In this document: positions 40,641 to 53,445 of the stretch, piece by piece
How positions within the stretch are numbered: position 1 is the first letter of the stretch
How the letters are laid out: the number at the start of each line of letters is the position of its first letter
Assembly: GCA_034780895.1 (NCBI GenBank)
Contig: JAUZTB010000107.1
Coordinates: forward strand, 86,425,995 to 86,489,994
Origin: Rhynchobatus australiae
Taxonomy: Eukaryota
Length of the DNA: 64,000 bases
Reading direction: 5' to 3'
Program-made: the position numbers and the translations under genes
The notes under the pieces: model-generated
The model's database searches: none
Told to the model about the DNA's origin: nothing
What the model saw: only the letters and a program-made list of their open reading frames with translations

Positions 40641-42174
40641 CCTGTATTTCTATGGAGGTTTACCACAAATTTCACTGTAAATACTGAAAAACTGTTTTTA
40701 GAATTCATGAGCACAGTCCAAGGTATTACAATCTGATAGCATGTTCCAATTCATTTCCAATTCAGCTTTCAGTATAACTTTGCTGTGACATACCACAATG
40801 CACAATATTGAACTTCATCAGCAAACGTTTTTCCATGGTTGCTGAACATTAGAAAATACTTTTGTGACTACTTTCCTAGCATCAGATCTGTGCACCAAAA
40901 GTATATCAAGATTCAGAACTACAAGTATAACTCAGAATTTTCAAACCTTCTAGAACATTTGCATGTCTACATTTGTTTAGTGCTATTTCATTTATTGTAA
41001 TTTAAGATATATTGCTATGAAAACACAAGCAACACTTCAGGAAATCTCAGTGGTCTCTTAAGCCTTTGCCTCTGTTCAAAAACAGCACCAAATAGTCCTC
41101 AAAAATCACTCGAGGAAATGTCATATTCACCATCATACTATAATCACCAGGCAATACTTAATATGCTTAAAGCAGACATTTTATTTACTCTTTTACAGAA
41201 TTATTTTAAAACTTTCAATTCTGCTTTAATGATTACAATGGAACAAAATGTTTTTCTGTGTAATTTTTAATCTACTGGAAATAGTGGGATCTTCAATAAT
41301 GTCATGAAGGGCGCTGAGTGCTGCAGTTATCATTGATATTAAGGAAGCTTGAACTACAAAACTACATTGCAAAATCTTTGGATGTGCCATATCCTGCAAT
41401 TGGGAGGAATGGTCTTAAAGAACATAGGACCCATTTGGTTGCATTCATTTTTTTAGTTACTCCCTTGTATCTCATTTTTTGATAAAGAAATCATCTGCTT
41501 GTCCTAATCTAATTTGTAAGAATGCAATCTGGAGCAGTTCACTATGTGCAATAAATCTTGTGGATTCCTAATTTCAATGTAATTTTACATCTAAAGTCTG
41601 TTNNNNNNNNNNNNNNNNNNNNNNNNNNNNNNNNNNNNNNNNNNNNNNNNNNNNNNNNNNNNNNNNNNNNNNNNNNNNNNNNNNNNNNNNNNNNNNNNNN
41701 NNNNNNNNNNNNNNNNNNNNNNNNNNNNNNNNNNNNNNNNNNNNNNNNNNNNNNNNNNNNNNNNNNNNNNNNNNNNNNNNNNNNNNNNNNNNNNNNNNNN
41801 NNNNNNNNNNNNNNNNNNNNNNNNNNACCAAAGATTAATTTTTTTCAAAACAGCAGGTTTGCAAGTATTCTGAAGGAATGACAATCCACATAATTCAGAA
41901 ATGAAATTTCATCCATGCCTTTATTTCTAGCAGTTAAATCTATCCAAAAGTTGCTCCTTCTGTCCTAGGCTGTGCAGAAGTGTCAGCCAATAGGAATATA
42001 CTTCTTCAGCTCTTATTTAAATAGCATTCTCCACACATTAATCACCTCTCGTTTAACTGTTAAATCAAGAATTCAGTAGTTTCAGTAAAGTCTTTTAAGT
42101 TAGCAACAACCAGGATAATTTTGGGAAGGTGGTTTCACTTTGCATTGGTAAGGGATTGAAGTATATTACTTTAC

Positions 42175-42204
42175 TTAAGCTGGTCTAGTGCTGTTGAATC
42201 CTCC
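42175..42204 (-). other. Candidate neural eIF4G microexon homologue, GGFNSTRPA-stop
   Basis: ttggag|GGA GGA TTC AAC AGC ACT AGA CCA GCT TAA|GTAAAG, phase 0/0, in the intron between ...PRQ and QFY.... Upstream TGC and TGCATG motifs. Confidence 0.55.
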
Positions 42205-43464
42205 CTCCAATGTTTCAGTCAAAGCATCAACTGCTAATTTTAAAATCTGTAGACAGTCCAACAAGGCAGATGAAAAAAAAAGTCATTGGGAGGCAGGGTT
42301 CTTGAGAGTTGCCATGCAGCAGTGCACTTATTATTTGATCCATCTTTCCATGCAATTTTAAGAGCAGAAGCCTTAAAACTGGTTTACTGTCAAAAAAACT
42401 GAAGCCTATGAAGGCAGACAAAATGAACAGCTCAAGCATTGTTTGTACCGAAGTGCTTACTGGTAGCTCCTCAGAAATAAAGTGATGAAGGAAGGATTAA
42501 GAAACATGAAACGATGTATGCATATCAGAATTTTTATATCTATACAAGAATATTAACTTAAACAATTCAAATCAGCTATAAGACACCTCAGTAACCTGTT
42601 ATTTTGCAAATTTGAGATTCTAGGTCATTTGGGTGAAGCTTTTGAATCCAAACATTATTGGTCAACACCTTCAATATAGGTAGGAAAAGAAAATTGGTAG
42701 TAAATGGAAGCAAAATTGTTGCATATTTGCCAGCTTCAGAATTGCCAATAAAATTATCCAGTAATGCAAGTTATCTAGGTAACTTGCAAACTACAACTAG
42801 AAAATTGAATCTCGGGATATAATGTGACTAATATGGATTTAACCGTTGGGTACGATCTCAAACATGAAAATCAAAGAACAGCTAAATAGTGTCACAATGG
42901 CCAAGCATACTGCAAGGGAATTAAATTTTGACAATTCCAACAAAAGTAACTTGGCCTCAGTACATAACACTTTATAATATTAATCTTCAATTTCAAAAGC
43001 CCTTGGGTGGCTGTCTTGAATATTCATAACATCCAGTTATAGTACAAGTGCTTCAAGGAAATGGTGCAGTTTTGCCATTGAGGAAGAGTGGCTTGTAATA
43101 TCAAACTATAAGACAGTCACATTGCTCTTTTAATCGACAAGAAACTTCAAAAACCAAACTGGCAAAATGACAAGCAATCTAATGTAATGTTTCAAATGCT
43201 ACACATCTCCCAATAACATGCAAGGCCCTTGGCAAGTTCTTTATTGGACAACCAAATTTAGAAAGACAGGATTCAGAGCTCCAGCCCTAACAATGGCACC
43301 AGCTTGCTACTATGTTGTTAGTGGCACAATATACCTGTACAGTAAGATAGTTAAATATTGTCAACAACAGAAATATGGTAATTATTTAATACAGAGCGAT
43401 CAACTTCATACAGTTGTACAATTGCTCAAAAATAATTCTAACTTTCCATTCAGAAATTCCTTAC

Positions 43465-43554
43465 CTGCCGTGGTTGTGGTTGAGTGTTCATTTGTGGAGA
43501 TTGCTGTGGTGCAAAAACTACTGTAGCAGTTGTCTGGCCAGAGGGATAGGCAGT
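43465..43554 (-). CDS. EIF4G1: eIF4G1 coding exon 2: TAYPSGQTTATVVFAPQQSPQMNTQPQPRQ
   Basis: 90 nt, phase 0/0. Acceptor cattgtttag|, donor CAG|GTAAGG. Internal Met46 (MNTQ) at 43489-43491. Confidence 0.93.
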
Positions 43555-43643
43555 CTAAACAATGAAATTTTTCTTTTTTGGTGATTGATAGCTTAAAAAA
43601 AACAAATCATACATTTGGAAATTAAAATCCAGTGTTAAATTAC

Positions 43644-43715
43644 CTGGGTTATTCCAGAAGGGGAGGGATGTGGGGCAGATGGAGGTCCTCCAATAGGTTG
43701 GGGTCCTTTGTTCAT
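43644..43715 (-). CDS. EIF4G1: eIF4G1 first coding segment MNKGPQPIGGPPSAPHPSPSGITQ (exon probably begins at 43757)
   Basis: ATG at 43713-43715, donor CAG|GTAATT, then an 89-nt intron. Upstream acceptor tgactgtag| at 43758-43759; an alternative AG lies at 43742-43743. Confidence 0.92.
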
Positions 43716-43732
43716 TTCATGTGGCACAGCAT
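43712..43732 (-). promoter_or_regulatory. uORF MLCHMK* whose TGA overlaps the main ATG (ATGA)
   Basis: ATG CTG TGC CAC ATG AAA TGA AC, read directly from the sequence. Confidence 0.85.
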
Positions 43733-46700
43733 GTGGACGCCCTACTTGTTGTGAAATCTACAGTCAATGACAAATCAGAACTGTAATATAGATTAACATT
43801 TAGTTGGTGTTACAGTTTAAAACCGAAGAATTTGATTAATTCTAACAATTGGTTCAAATTGCAGACAAAAGGTTCAAAATCTTGCTGCTAAAACGATCAC
43901 TGAAAATACAAACCTTAAACAGTATTCAAGGTTTGAGTTTCAAGTTCCTTTCATTTTTATGGAACTTCAAATTGAGTTATACAAGTCAAAGTTAAAGGCA
44001 TCAAAAATTCAAAGACAGTCAGGAAATCAATATGCAATAGTGACCTTGCTCTAAAGAATTCCCCACAACAGTGACCCTATTTTAAACTTGTGATTAATGA
44101 AGTTAATAACTTAATAGGCAAAGCAATACCAGAGAGAATAAAAGGCATTTTTCAGACTAATGAAGCACATTCAATTTGATGACAATCTTACAAAAACAAA
44201 AACAAAGAGGTTCACCTCAGAAGGGTTCGAATCTTACTCTTTGCTTGCTACCATTGCTATTCATACTTTTAAACCCAGTTTTGCTTGACGGAGGTAATAT
44301 CTATTAAACCAATTAATGGCATTTTCATCCAAGTTATTCAAAAAGTGACAACCATTCCACATTAACTTGGGCAATATACATCAAAGAAATCTAATTTAAA
44401 ATTACATTGAAAGAGTCAGGTGGGGAAGTGGTGGGAAAAAAGGGAGACTGGCAGGGAAGGCAGGTCGGGGTGGGGTGGGAACCAGTAAAGAGAAAACTAA
44501 TAACCAGCATATACTGCTAAATGACAACTAAGCACACTGAAATGTCTTCATTCAACCCAAATCTGATTCAGAGGCTAAAAATCACAATTCAACCTTTCTC
44601 CACCACCCACACCCCCCAATCATCACTATTCAGAATGGAACACTACAGGAACTGAAAGCACTTTACATCAATACCCAGAACCTTAACCTTAATCCATTCA
44701 AAATGGAAGTGAATGTACTGTTCAGTGTGGAACTTACCCACACAGACCAAAAGTTCCCATCCCTGATCTGTNNNNNNNNNNNNNNNNNNNNNNNNNNNNN
44801 NNNNNNNNNNNNNNNNNNNNNNNNNNNNNNNNNNNNNNNNNNNNNNNNNNNNNNNNNNNNNNNNNNNNNNNNNNNNNNNNNNNNNNNNNNNNNNNNNNNN
44901 NNNNNNNNNNNNNNNNNNNNNNNNNNNNNNNNNNNNNNNNNNNNNNNNNNNNNNNNNNNNNNNNNNNNNNNNNNNNNNNNNNNNNNNNNNNNNNNNNNNN
45001 NNNNNNNNNNNNNNNNNNNNNNNNNNNNNNNNNNNNNNNNNNNNNNNNNNNNNNNNNNNNNNNNNNNNNNNNNNNNNNNNNNNNNNNNNNNNNNNNNNNN
45101 NNNNNNNNNNNNNNNNNNNNNNNNNNNNNNNNNNNNNNNNNNNNNNNNNNNNNNNNNNNNNNNNNNNNNNNNNNNNNNNNNNNNNNNNNNNNNNNNNNNN
45201 NNNNNNNNNNNNNNNNNNNNNNNNNNNNNNNNNNNNNNNNNNNNNNNNNNNNNNNNNNNNNNNNNNNNNNNNNNNNNNNNNNNNNNNNNNNNNNNNNNNN
45301 NNNNNNNNNNNNNNNNNNNNNNNNNNNNNNNNNNNNNNNNNNNNNNNNNNNNNNNNNNNNNNNNNNNNNNNNNNNNNNNNNNNNNNNNNNNNNNNNNNNN
45401 NNNNNNNNNNNNAATACATTCTTGTTGAAAATAATGGACACTCTAAATTTAATGCTTACTGTCTTCAAAAGGATAATACTTAAAAATAGTGCATCAGCAT
45501 TCCTTTGCATGCAACATTCAGTTTTACTGCACATGACAAATGACATTGGAGGGCTATGGTGAACTGGCAGAAGAGGAGCTGAGGGAAGATCCACCCTTGA
45601 TCATATTAAATCATGGGGCAGAAGATAGGCCTGCTCCTATCTTCTTATACTCCTGTAACAGGGCACTGCTTCCCAACATGGACAAGTTATGCATTGAGCA
45701 GTTGTTTCTGTTACAGCAGAACTGCAGTTTATTGATGATTAGCTTTCACCCAATTATGGAATTCATTCATCCCCAAAATAAAAGGGCCAAATATGGTAGA
45801 GTTAAATACAATAATTCCAAAAACAAAAAGTATCTCAACTGCAAATATCCATGAGTTTTTGGAAATGGGGAATTTGCAATTATGGGGAAATCAAGATTCT
45901 ATAAAAGGATTACTATCTTATCATTAAAACTTTATTTCTAACATCTTGCTTTTGCCTCTACGATGCATACATTGTTGCATTATTTCTTTCAACTGTTAAC
46001 TAAAACATTCTCATGTGCCATGGATGGCTTGTCAGACCTCCAGTAAAACCAAAACAGCTGGGGTTCTGGATGACTCAGCATTCCTCTCCAAGAAAGAAGC
46101 CACCACCTCCTGACTGGATACCAAAAGCAATATTGTTACCAAGATCAAGAATAAGCAAGAGAATCAGATTATAAGAACAACTCCACTGATATATTGCCAT
46201 GTTTATAACTAGATCCAAATATTTTGCTTTACATGACAAATTTAATCTGCAAGAATCAAAACGGTGAAGATACAAAACTATTCAGAATACCTCAAAAGCA
46301 TAAAACTGTACATACTGTGCTGAAAGGTCCAGAGGCTGTACTGTGCTTGATGCTAGTCTTCCGTCAATTTCTGTCAAACCAACAGTAAAAGGAAAAATCT
46401 TACATTTCAAGATAAATACATCAAATACACCATTTATAGCAATGAATTATCAACGTATAGTAGTTTGTGAATACTAAAATTGCCAAACTGAAAAGGCTAA
46501 CATCCCTTTCAAGTATTTGTTCTCTTACAGAGAAGTAACAATTTTTCAACTACACACCCTTTAGTTGCAATAGTGCCTGAATTCCCTGTATAATTACACA
46601 AGGACAATCTAAGCACATTACATGCATGGCTTAAATGTAGCATCTTCATCTTAGGAGTCACTAAGTTGTGGTTCCAAGTACCAGTCAATAGACTGGAGCT

Positions 46701-49700
46701 CAATCTGGGGCAGTTCTTTGGTAGAGTGAAGGTGTAATCTTTATAAAGGGATAAACTGAGGTCCCAACACACCTCTCGCTATGATGCGAACATACAGACA
46801 ATATTTATTCCATAACTATCAAAAATCCTGATTATTTGTTGTTTCTTACAATAGTAAATGCACTTCACAAGTACTTCAACTGTGCTAGGCTCCACATAAA
46901 TGAAGCATCTTAATTGATGAACTTTTTTTTTAAAAAACATGGAATTCTAGGGAGAACTGCATCATGTGCACAAGGCTAACAAATGTTCTAACAATCCTTC
47001 CACCTGCATATAATTGCTTCCAAGCACAGCGAATGCATTCACTGAGCCATTGCTGCTCTTTATTCTATCCAGGTCTATGCCAGATTCTATTTAATTAATA
47101 AGGTCTAGTTGTCCAACTCAATACTAAGCATTTATTTACTTTTCTCTGATATAGTCTCCATTCGGCAAATGCTAACAGTTGCATAATGCAAACCAGAAAC
47201 TCATTTCCCTCTTCCCCCCCCCCCCCCTCAAGTGGGGTTACTGTTTGCATGGGCAGTATTTTCCATTACTATTTGCACCCTTAAACTCATAGCATATTTT
47301 ATGGCTGTGTAAACAGCTTCACAAAATTCCCTTAGATTCCAAAAAATTGATATGATAATTATTTAAGTGCTCTCATATTTATCCAAAAATTACTTTAAAT
47401 GTTACTTAAAACATTAATAAACTAGTATCAGCACAGGAATGACCCAATTTTGATCAGGTTTGCAGCTATTATAGCCACTGGACTACAGCATTAAAGTATC
47501 GGTAAATAATTGGGGTTGAGAGAAAATCAGGGCTGTATCCTACCTAGCACTTTACCAAGGGCAAGGAGCAGCTCCTCCATGGATTGACAGACCACCTGGA
47601 TCTCAAGGTCTCTCTCACCACTTTGTCATAAGTGCTGGAAGCTGTTGTCAATCTATCTCCTTTCTTGGCTGCATGGCTCTCCCAAGATTGGAGACTTTTC
47701 TCAATGGAAGGAACTCAATGGTCAGCAACAATGAGCTTGCTACCATTATTCCAGCTTGGAGAGACAGCAGCTTCCATCACATCTAACTAGAGGCGATGCG
47801 TGACAAGATTCAAGGTTCCTGTCAACACGAAGCAGCTGCTGTTAGTCTCCAGCCACAGCCCAGAATAACTGTGCCTTCTAGGTTGCACCCAAACCCACAC
47901 CTTAACCCATCTAGCATCAGCGCTCAATGGTAGCACATTGCCTCAACGGTTCAGTCCACAGTGAAATCAGTGATTTCATTGCTGCAGGAGTGCCAGGTTC
48001 CCAGTGCAGCAGCAAGCAGGTGCCTTTTCTAAAAAAAAGTATGACTGTTAAGTCCAGGACCATGAGTGTTATCTATAACAATCTTGACCATTTTGCCATC
48101 CATTTTAGATGTATACATTCTCGGCACTGATTGCATGGAATTTTGCCAGATGTACCAGCTCCCTTCCACATCATAAAGACGTGCTGGTAGATTAATTGGC
48201 TACTGTAAATTATTTGTTATGTAGTCCATTGGCAAAAGAACCAAATAGCATGGGGGAGAGAGAACAAGTTGAAGGCCAAGGGAAAAGGTAATGGGAATCG
48301 GAGTGATGCAATTACTCTGCTAGAACTAATATGGATCCAAAAGGGCTAAATAGCTTCCTTCTGTTCATTACATGTATTAATATCATCTGGTTTGATTCTG
48401 GCTCAAAATTCAAACAAGGGCAATTGGGTTTTAGAGGTTTGGGAATTACTGCAGTAACCATATGGGAATATTCAGAAGACAGGAATTCAAATTCCACAGT
48501 AGCTGGAGAATTTGAAATCACATGATTTTAAAAACTATAACCAATGGCCATCATTGAATTCCAGATGTTTTTGAACAATCCAAACAGAGCTAAATACAAC
48601 TCTAGATTTGCTTTCAACCATATTTCAAAATAGTGGCTTGCCAAGCAACTTGTTTGAATCAAAAGCAATTAAGCACAATGGGAAGAACCTTTGCTGTCTA
48701 TATTTCAGTGGGTCATGAACTTCTCAGGGCAATTAGTTGGGCCATAAATGTGCCCTTGTGTGTGACACACACCTTCTATGCATGAATTTAAAAAAAACTG
48801 GTTTTAGTATAGCTTATATTATTCAAAGTGGACAGCTAGTTTTGGGTTTAGGCAAGAATACCAAGTAAAAATAAATTTTTACCTTCCTTCAAATAGTTTA
48901 AATCTTTAAAGGAATTGAAGAAAGAACCATTTCTGCACTTGCCACAACCAAATTTTTACTAAACGTACCTACATCATATAGTTTTAGGGTTCAGCCTGTT
49001 TCAAAGTACCACTGAAATAGCCACTTAGGCAAGGTAACAAGGGGTTATTAGACCAACCCCTCCCAAAAGAAGAGGACCCTCTTGAAAAGGTCTGGGCATT
49101 GGTTTCTGGAACTTGGATTGCTGTATCAAAACATATTTCAAACTACGTCTTTTTTTTCCCCTCCTTGCCCAAGTTGACAGAAACTGTAGCCTGGAACACA
49201 CTGCATAAAGAAGAATACCTCTCAAATCTACTGCAAAAGACTAACTTGTTGAGATTAATAGATTAAATTAAAAACAGCATTGTGACAATCTTGCACACAT
49301 TGAGCTTCTGCACAATTTGAAACTGCCAACATTAAGTTCCACCCTGGTTTCGTTCAATTTTGCTGCTGACCCAACTCCAGTCACAACATCTTGAGATCAA
49401 ATAATGCACCTGACTGATCTTCCTCAGGCTTTGGCAGGAAGGCTTAAGAGATATGTCACACCAATGACTCAATTTTACTCAGTCTACGTACTTATATACA
49501 TCTATCAGATTTTGTTCCAGATTTTAAATTGGGTATTACAGCACAGGAGCTGGAATAAATTCTCAAGATACTTCACTTTTACCTGCACATTACTTGGGAA
49601 GTGGCCGAAACAATGCCAAGGTTAGTTTTAACTTCATCTTCTTCCCAAGCCCAGACAGCAAACTTCAACAAAAACATCAGCATGAATATCCAATTGAACT

Positions 49701-50120
49701 GAGATCAGTATTAGTTATTCAGTTTACTTTTGATTTTACACCATCCTAAAGGACTTGAGACATCAAAACAGCCTCCTCTAGTCTAGAAAAAAGCTATTAG
49801 CCTTTCTGATACAAGTCATTAAGGTACACAAATGGATATGTCCTTGGTGGAGAAAGTTGAATTTCATACCCAGCAAAAGCTTCATGCATAAAAAATAGTC
49901 TGCTTTTCTGCAATGCCTTTGATATTTTGCCCAAAGATCCCAGCCAATTTACAGTACAAGGTCCCATAACTGAAAACAATCCTGTTAATCATTCATTTAT
50001 GTTGGTTAAGGTTAGCCACGATTCCCCGATTACCTTTAAAATATGCAGGATGGGTACAGATTTATTTCAGGGCCTCAGTTTAATGTCTCTCCAACAGACC
50101 TGCACTCTTCCTACACTATA

Positions 50121-50575
50121 AAACACAAAATGCTTAAGGAACTCAGCAGGTCAGGTAGCATCTATGGAGGGAAATAAACAGTCGACGGTTCGGGTCGAGA
50201 CCCTTCATCATGACTGGAAGGGAAGAGGGCAGAAGCCAGAATAAGAAGGTTAGNNNNNNNNNNNNNNNNNNNNNNNNNNNNNNNNNNNNNNNNNNNNNNN
50301 NNNNNNNNNNNNNNNNNNNNNNNNNNNNNNNNNNNNNNNNNNNNNNNNNNNNNNNNNNNNNCTTCCCCCATCACCTGAACTCACCTACCTGCATGTACTC
50401 TTCCCGCTCCCCTGACCTTCTTATTCTGCCTTCTACCCTCTTCCTTTCCAGACCTGATGAAGGGTCTCGACCCAAAATGTCATCTGTTTATTTCCTTCCA
50501 TAGATGCTGCCTGACCTGCTGAGTTCCTCCAGCATTTTATGTGTTGCTCCAGATACCAGCATCTGCAGAATCTCG
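50121..50575. mobile_element. Penelope-derived element with ~128-bp inverted arms (50123-50250 / 50416-50545), each with a hammerhead-like motif
   Basis: The arms are near-perfect reverse complements and share the tgatgaagggtctcgaccc core. The centre is partly an N gap. Confidence 0.85.
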
Positions 50576-53249
50576 TGCTTCCTTCTATAGTATAATGCAT
50601 CATCTCTAATCTAGATCTTAAACTCAAAATGTACAAGGAGATAAAAGCACTAAAAAAAGTATAAAATCAAGAAAGTTTTTCCACAGGTTCTCTAAATCTC
50701 TCCAATAGTGCAACATGCCAAAATATGGCAAGATGTACTTTTACAGTTTCCCTATACTTGCAATAGATTTCCTCAATCATCTCAACTCATGACTTTAACT
50801 TCAAAAGTAGTGTGATCAAATGGCCAAGTGCCTCAAGAGATTGTTTCCATATTTTAGGTTCTTAAGCAATTCCTATGGCAACAAGAAATTATAGATAATT
50901 CACCTATTTTCAGTTGAAGCACACTGGAAAATGTGTTTTTCCAATTGCTAATTCATAAGAGGATTTCCCCAAGCATCTAAAAAAAAGTTCAGCAACCAGA
51001 AGTGATCACAGGCTAGATGTTTCAAAACAACTAGAAATAACGAAAAACAATGGAGACATTAACTTAAATAACAGGCATAAGATCACTCCAGGGGCCAACT
51101 ACAATCATCCCAATTTCTAAACGGAATTACATTCCAGGTATACAGTGACAAAGTGACAATTCTCAAATCAAAATGCTGCTCCCCAAATTTTGCGGGAAGC
51201 ATGTCAAAACATATCTTCTCCCAGGACAAGATCCTAATTTACAATTAAAAAGGTCTAAAGTTAGGTGGAGTTCAAATGTTACTGCAAATTCTGTGCAGTA
51301 AGCAGTCTGGTGAAACAGGTTCTTTCTCTCCAGATGCTGCCGAAACTGCACTGTACATCCATTGTTTTTTCATTCCATCTCCAATGTTTACAGCAATTTT
51401 TTTTTAAATTTGTTACCACCACTGGTTGCATTAGTGTGCCAAGCTACAAAAGGCAACAACTAACTGGTTGACTTCTTGAAGTAAAACAGGAACTTTTCTA
51501 CCTAGAATGGGGCTGGTTTGTACCCATGCAAACAAATGTTTAAAATCTGTGCTAATGATTTGGAATGATCCTTAATTAGAAGGGGAGGCTACAAATAGGA
51601 TGACACTGAGCACGACAGATTTCAGAGAAACATAAGAGTTGAATGGATGAAACAAACAAATTACACTGTGGGCAGCAAAGAGGAGTTTGTGGGAAAGAAT
51701 TCTTTTTAGAGTCAAAAAACAAAGCATCTTCACGTGGTGACTATATTGATACTCCATTGATTGCTGCCCAAGATGGGCATATGTTACTGCAAATTTCACA
51801 CAAATTTCACTTTTTCATCTTACTGATTGGTCAGGTACAAGAATTATGCCCACATACAATCATTTCACCCAGGCTGTGTGAATTATTGATGAATAAGATT
51901 CACCACGCATGAACTAACACTGGCCAAGAAGCTCCAAGTGTAAGTGCAACTGCAAGAAAGATTATACTGTAGGCAATAACATTGGGTTTACCTATACTCC
52001 ATTGGAGTCCAATTTTTAATGAAATTTACATGTACCACACTTAAGTAAATACAAAAAATAACATTTAAATTAATACAATGATATGACTAATACTTACATC
52101 AGATAATTCAATAATGGATCAGCTGCAAAGCTGGGCCAAACGTGTTCCCTATAAAGCAGCAATTCCGATCTATACCGTTCCTACAAGCCAGCAGTCTTTC
52201 CATTAGAAGTCATGAGGAATTAATCCGCAGCTGAGCAAATGTTCCTATTAAACAAACATTTCTATTAACACAGTGCAGTTAACTGAGGTGCACTGGCTTT
52301 GTGGCCATATATTTCTTACGATATCTGACTAAAATTCATCTGGAAAGTCTTTCAAAGGCCGCATTTTCAATTCTTGAGAGCACACTAACCTAATTTTAGA
52401 CATTACAATGCTAAACCTGTAAAAATGTGATCCTTTGTATTCTTTTCCCCCAATACTGCCAAATAGACAAATAGCAGATGAACAATTACCACTGTCAAAG
52501 CCTTTATTTTGAATATGAGCATGGTAAGTGCAGCTGTGTACGCCAACCCACCTGCAATTTGACATTTTCCTCAGTGGCACGTGGACCAATTAATAGATGT
52601 GATCGACTTGCTGGCTCACAGTTTAAAATGAAGACAGCTCTTAATTCAACATATCCTGTTTTTATAAGTGTGCTTACAATTATACAAGATTTTTAATAAA
52701 AAGTACTCAATTCTTTTGAAATGAACATGCTAATTTGTTAAACCCCAATAACAATCAATTAAAATGTTTAGGAATATGGCCCAACATTCCAGTGATAATA
52801 TAAACAGGAATAATAACTTGCAAAACTCCTACAATTATTTTAGGTTTTGTTTTGATTGTTTTGTTCTGAACAAGAGACCTAGTTTTCATGACTGAATATT
52901 AATCCCAACATGCAATATTACCTGTATACTTACTATACAACTCACTTATTTCTGAAAACCAATTTGGATAGGAGTTTAAATTCACTTGAAAGTTGAACAA
53001 GTAACAAGAAGTTGATTATAGAGATCAGAACATCCATGACCCTAAGTGACTATGGAAGTGTTTTTGGTTGAGGCATTATATGAACAGAACATGCCACATA
53101 TCATGACTCAAAATTGCACCTCAAATTTAGTATTCCTTGAAAGAAAAAGGTTCTGGGTGAATAATCCTTCCAACATTTCTACAAGGGGCCAGATCTTACT
53201 CAACTCACCCATGCTACCTCTGCAACCACACAGCTCCTTTCTCAGGTAA

Positions 53250-53445
53250 GGTATCTTTATTAGTCACTTGTACATCAAAACACATAGTGAAATGCATCTT
53301 TTGCGTAGAATGTTCTGGGGGCAACCCACAAGTGGCGCCACGCTTCCAGCGCCAACATAGCATGCCCACAACTTCCTAACCCGTAGGTCTTTTGAAATGT
53401 GGGAAGAAACTGGAGCACCCAGAGGAAACCCACACAGACATGCTA
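53250..53445 (-). mobile_element. V-SINE-like element, 5' truncated
   Basis: Minus strand GTGTGGGTTTCCTCTGGGTGCTCCAGTTTCTTCCCACA (V-domain), with tail gtgactaataaag. Confidence 0.8.

Noticed and set aside
243-43464. Intronic C/D snoRNA (SNORD66 is hosted by EIF4G1 in mammals)
   Set aside because: I saw no match to its guide sequence as I recall it and no convincing C/D pair with a terminal stem. It probably lies in downstream introns outside the window; an Infernal scan would settle this.
44419-44480. G-run cluster with G-quadruplex potential ~0.7 kb from the first coding exon
   Set aside because: Purine-rich low-complexity tracts are common in the local repeats and nothing else supports a function.
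44568-44626. Minus-strand GTGATGA...CTGA box C/D-like pair
   Set aside because: Too short, no terminal stem, low-complexity interior and no recognisable rRNA guide.
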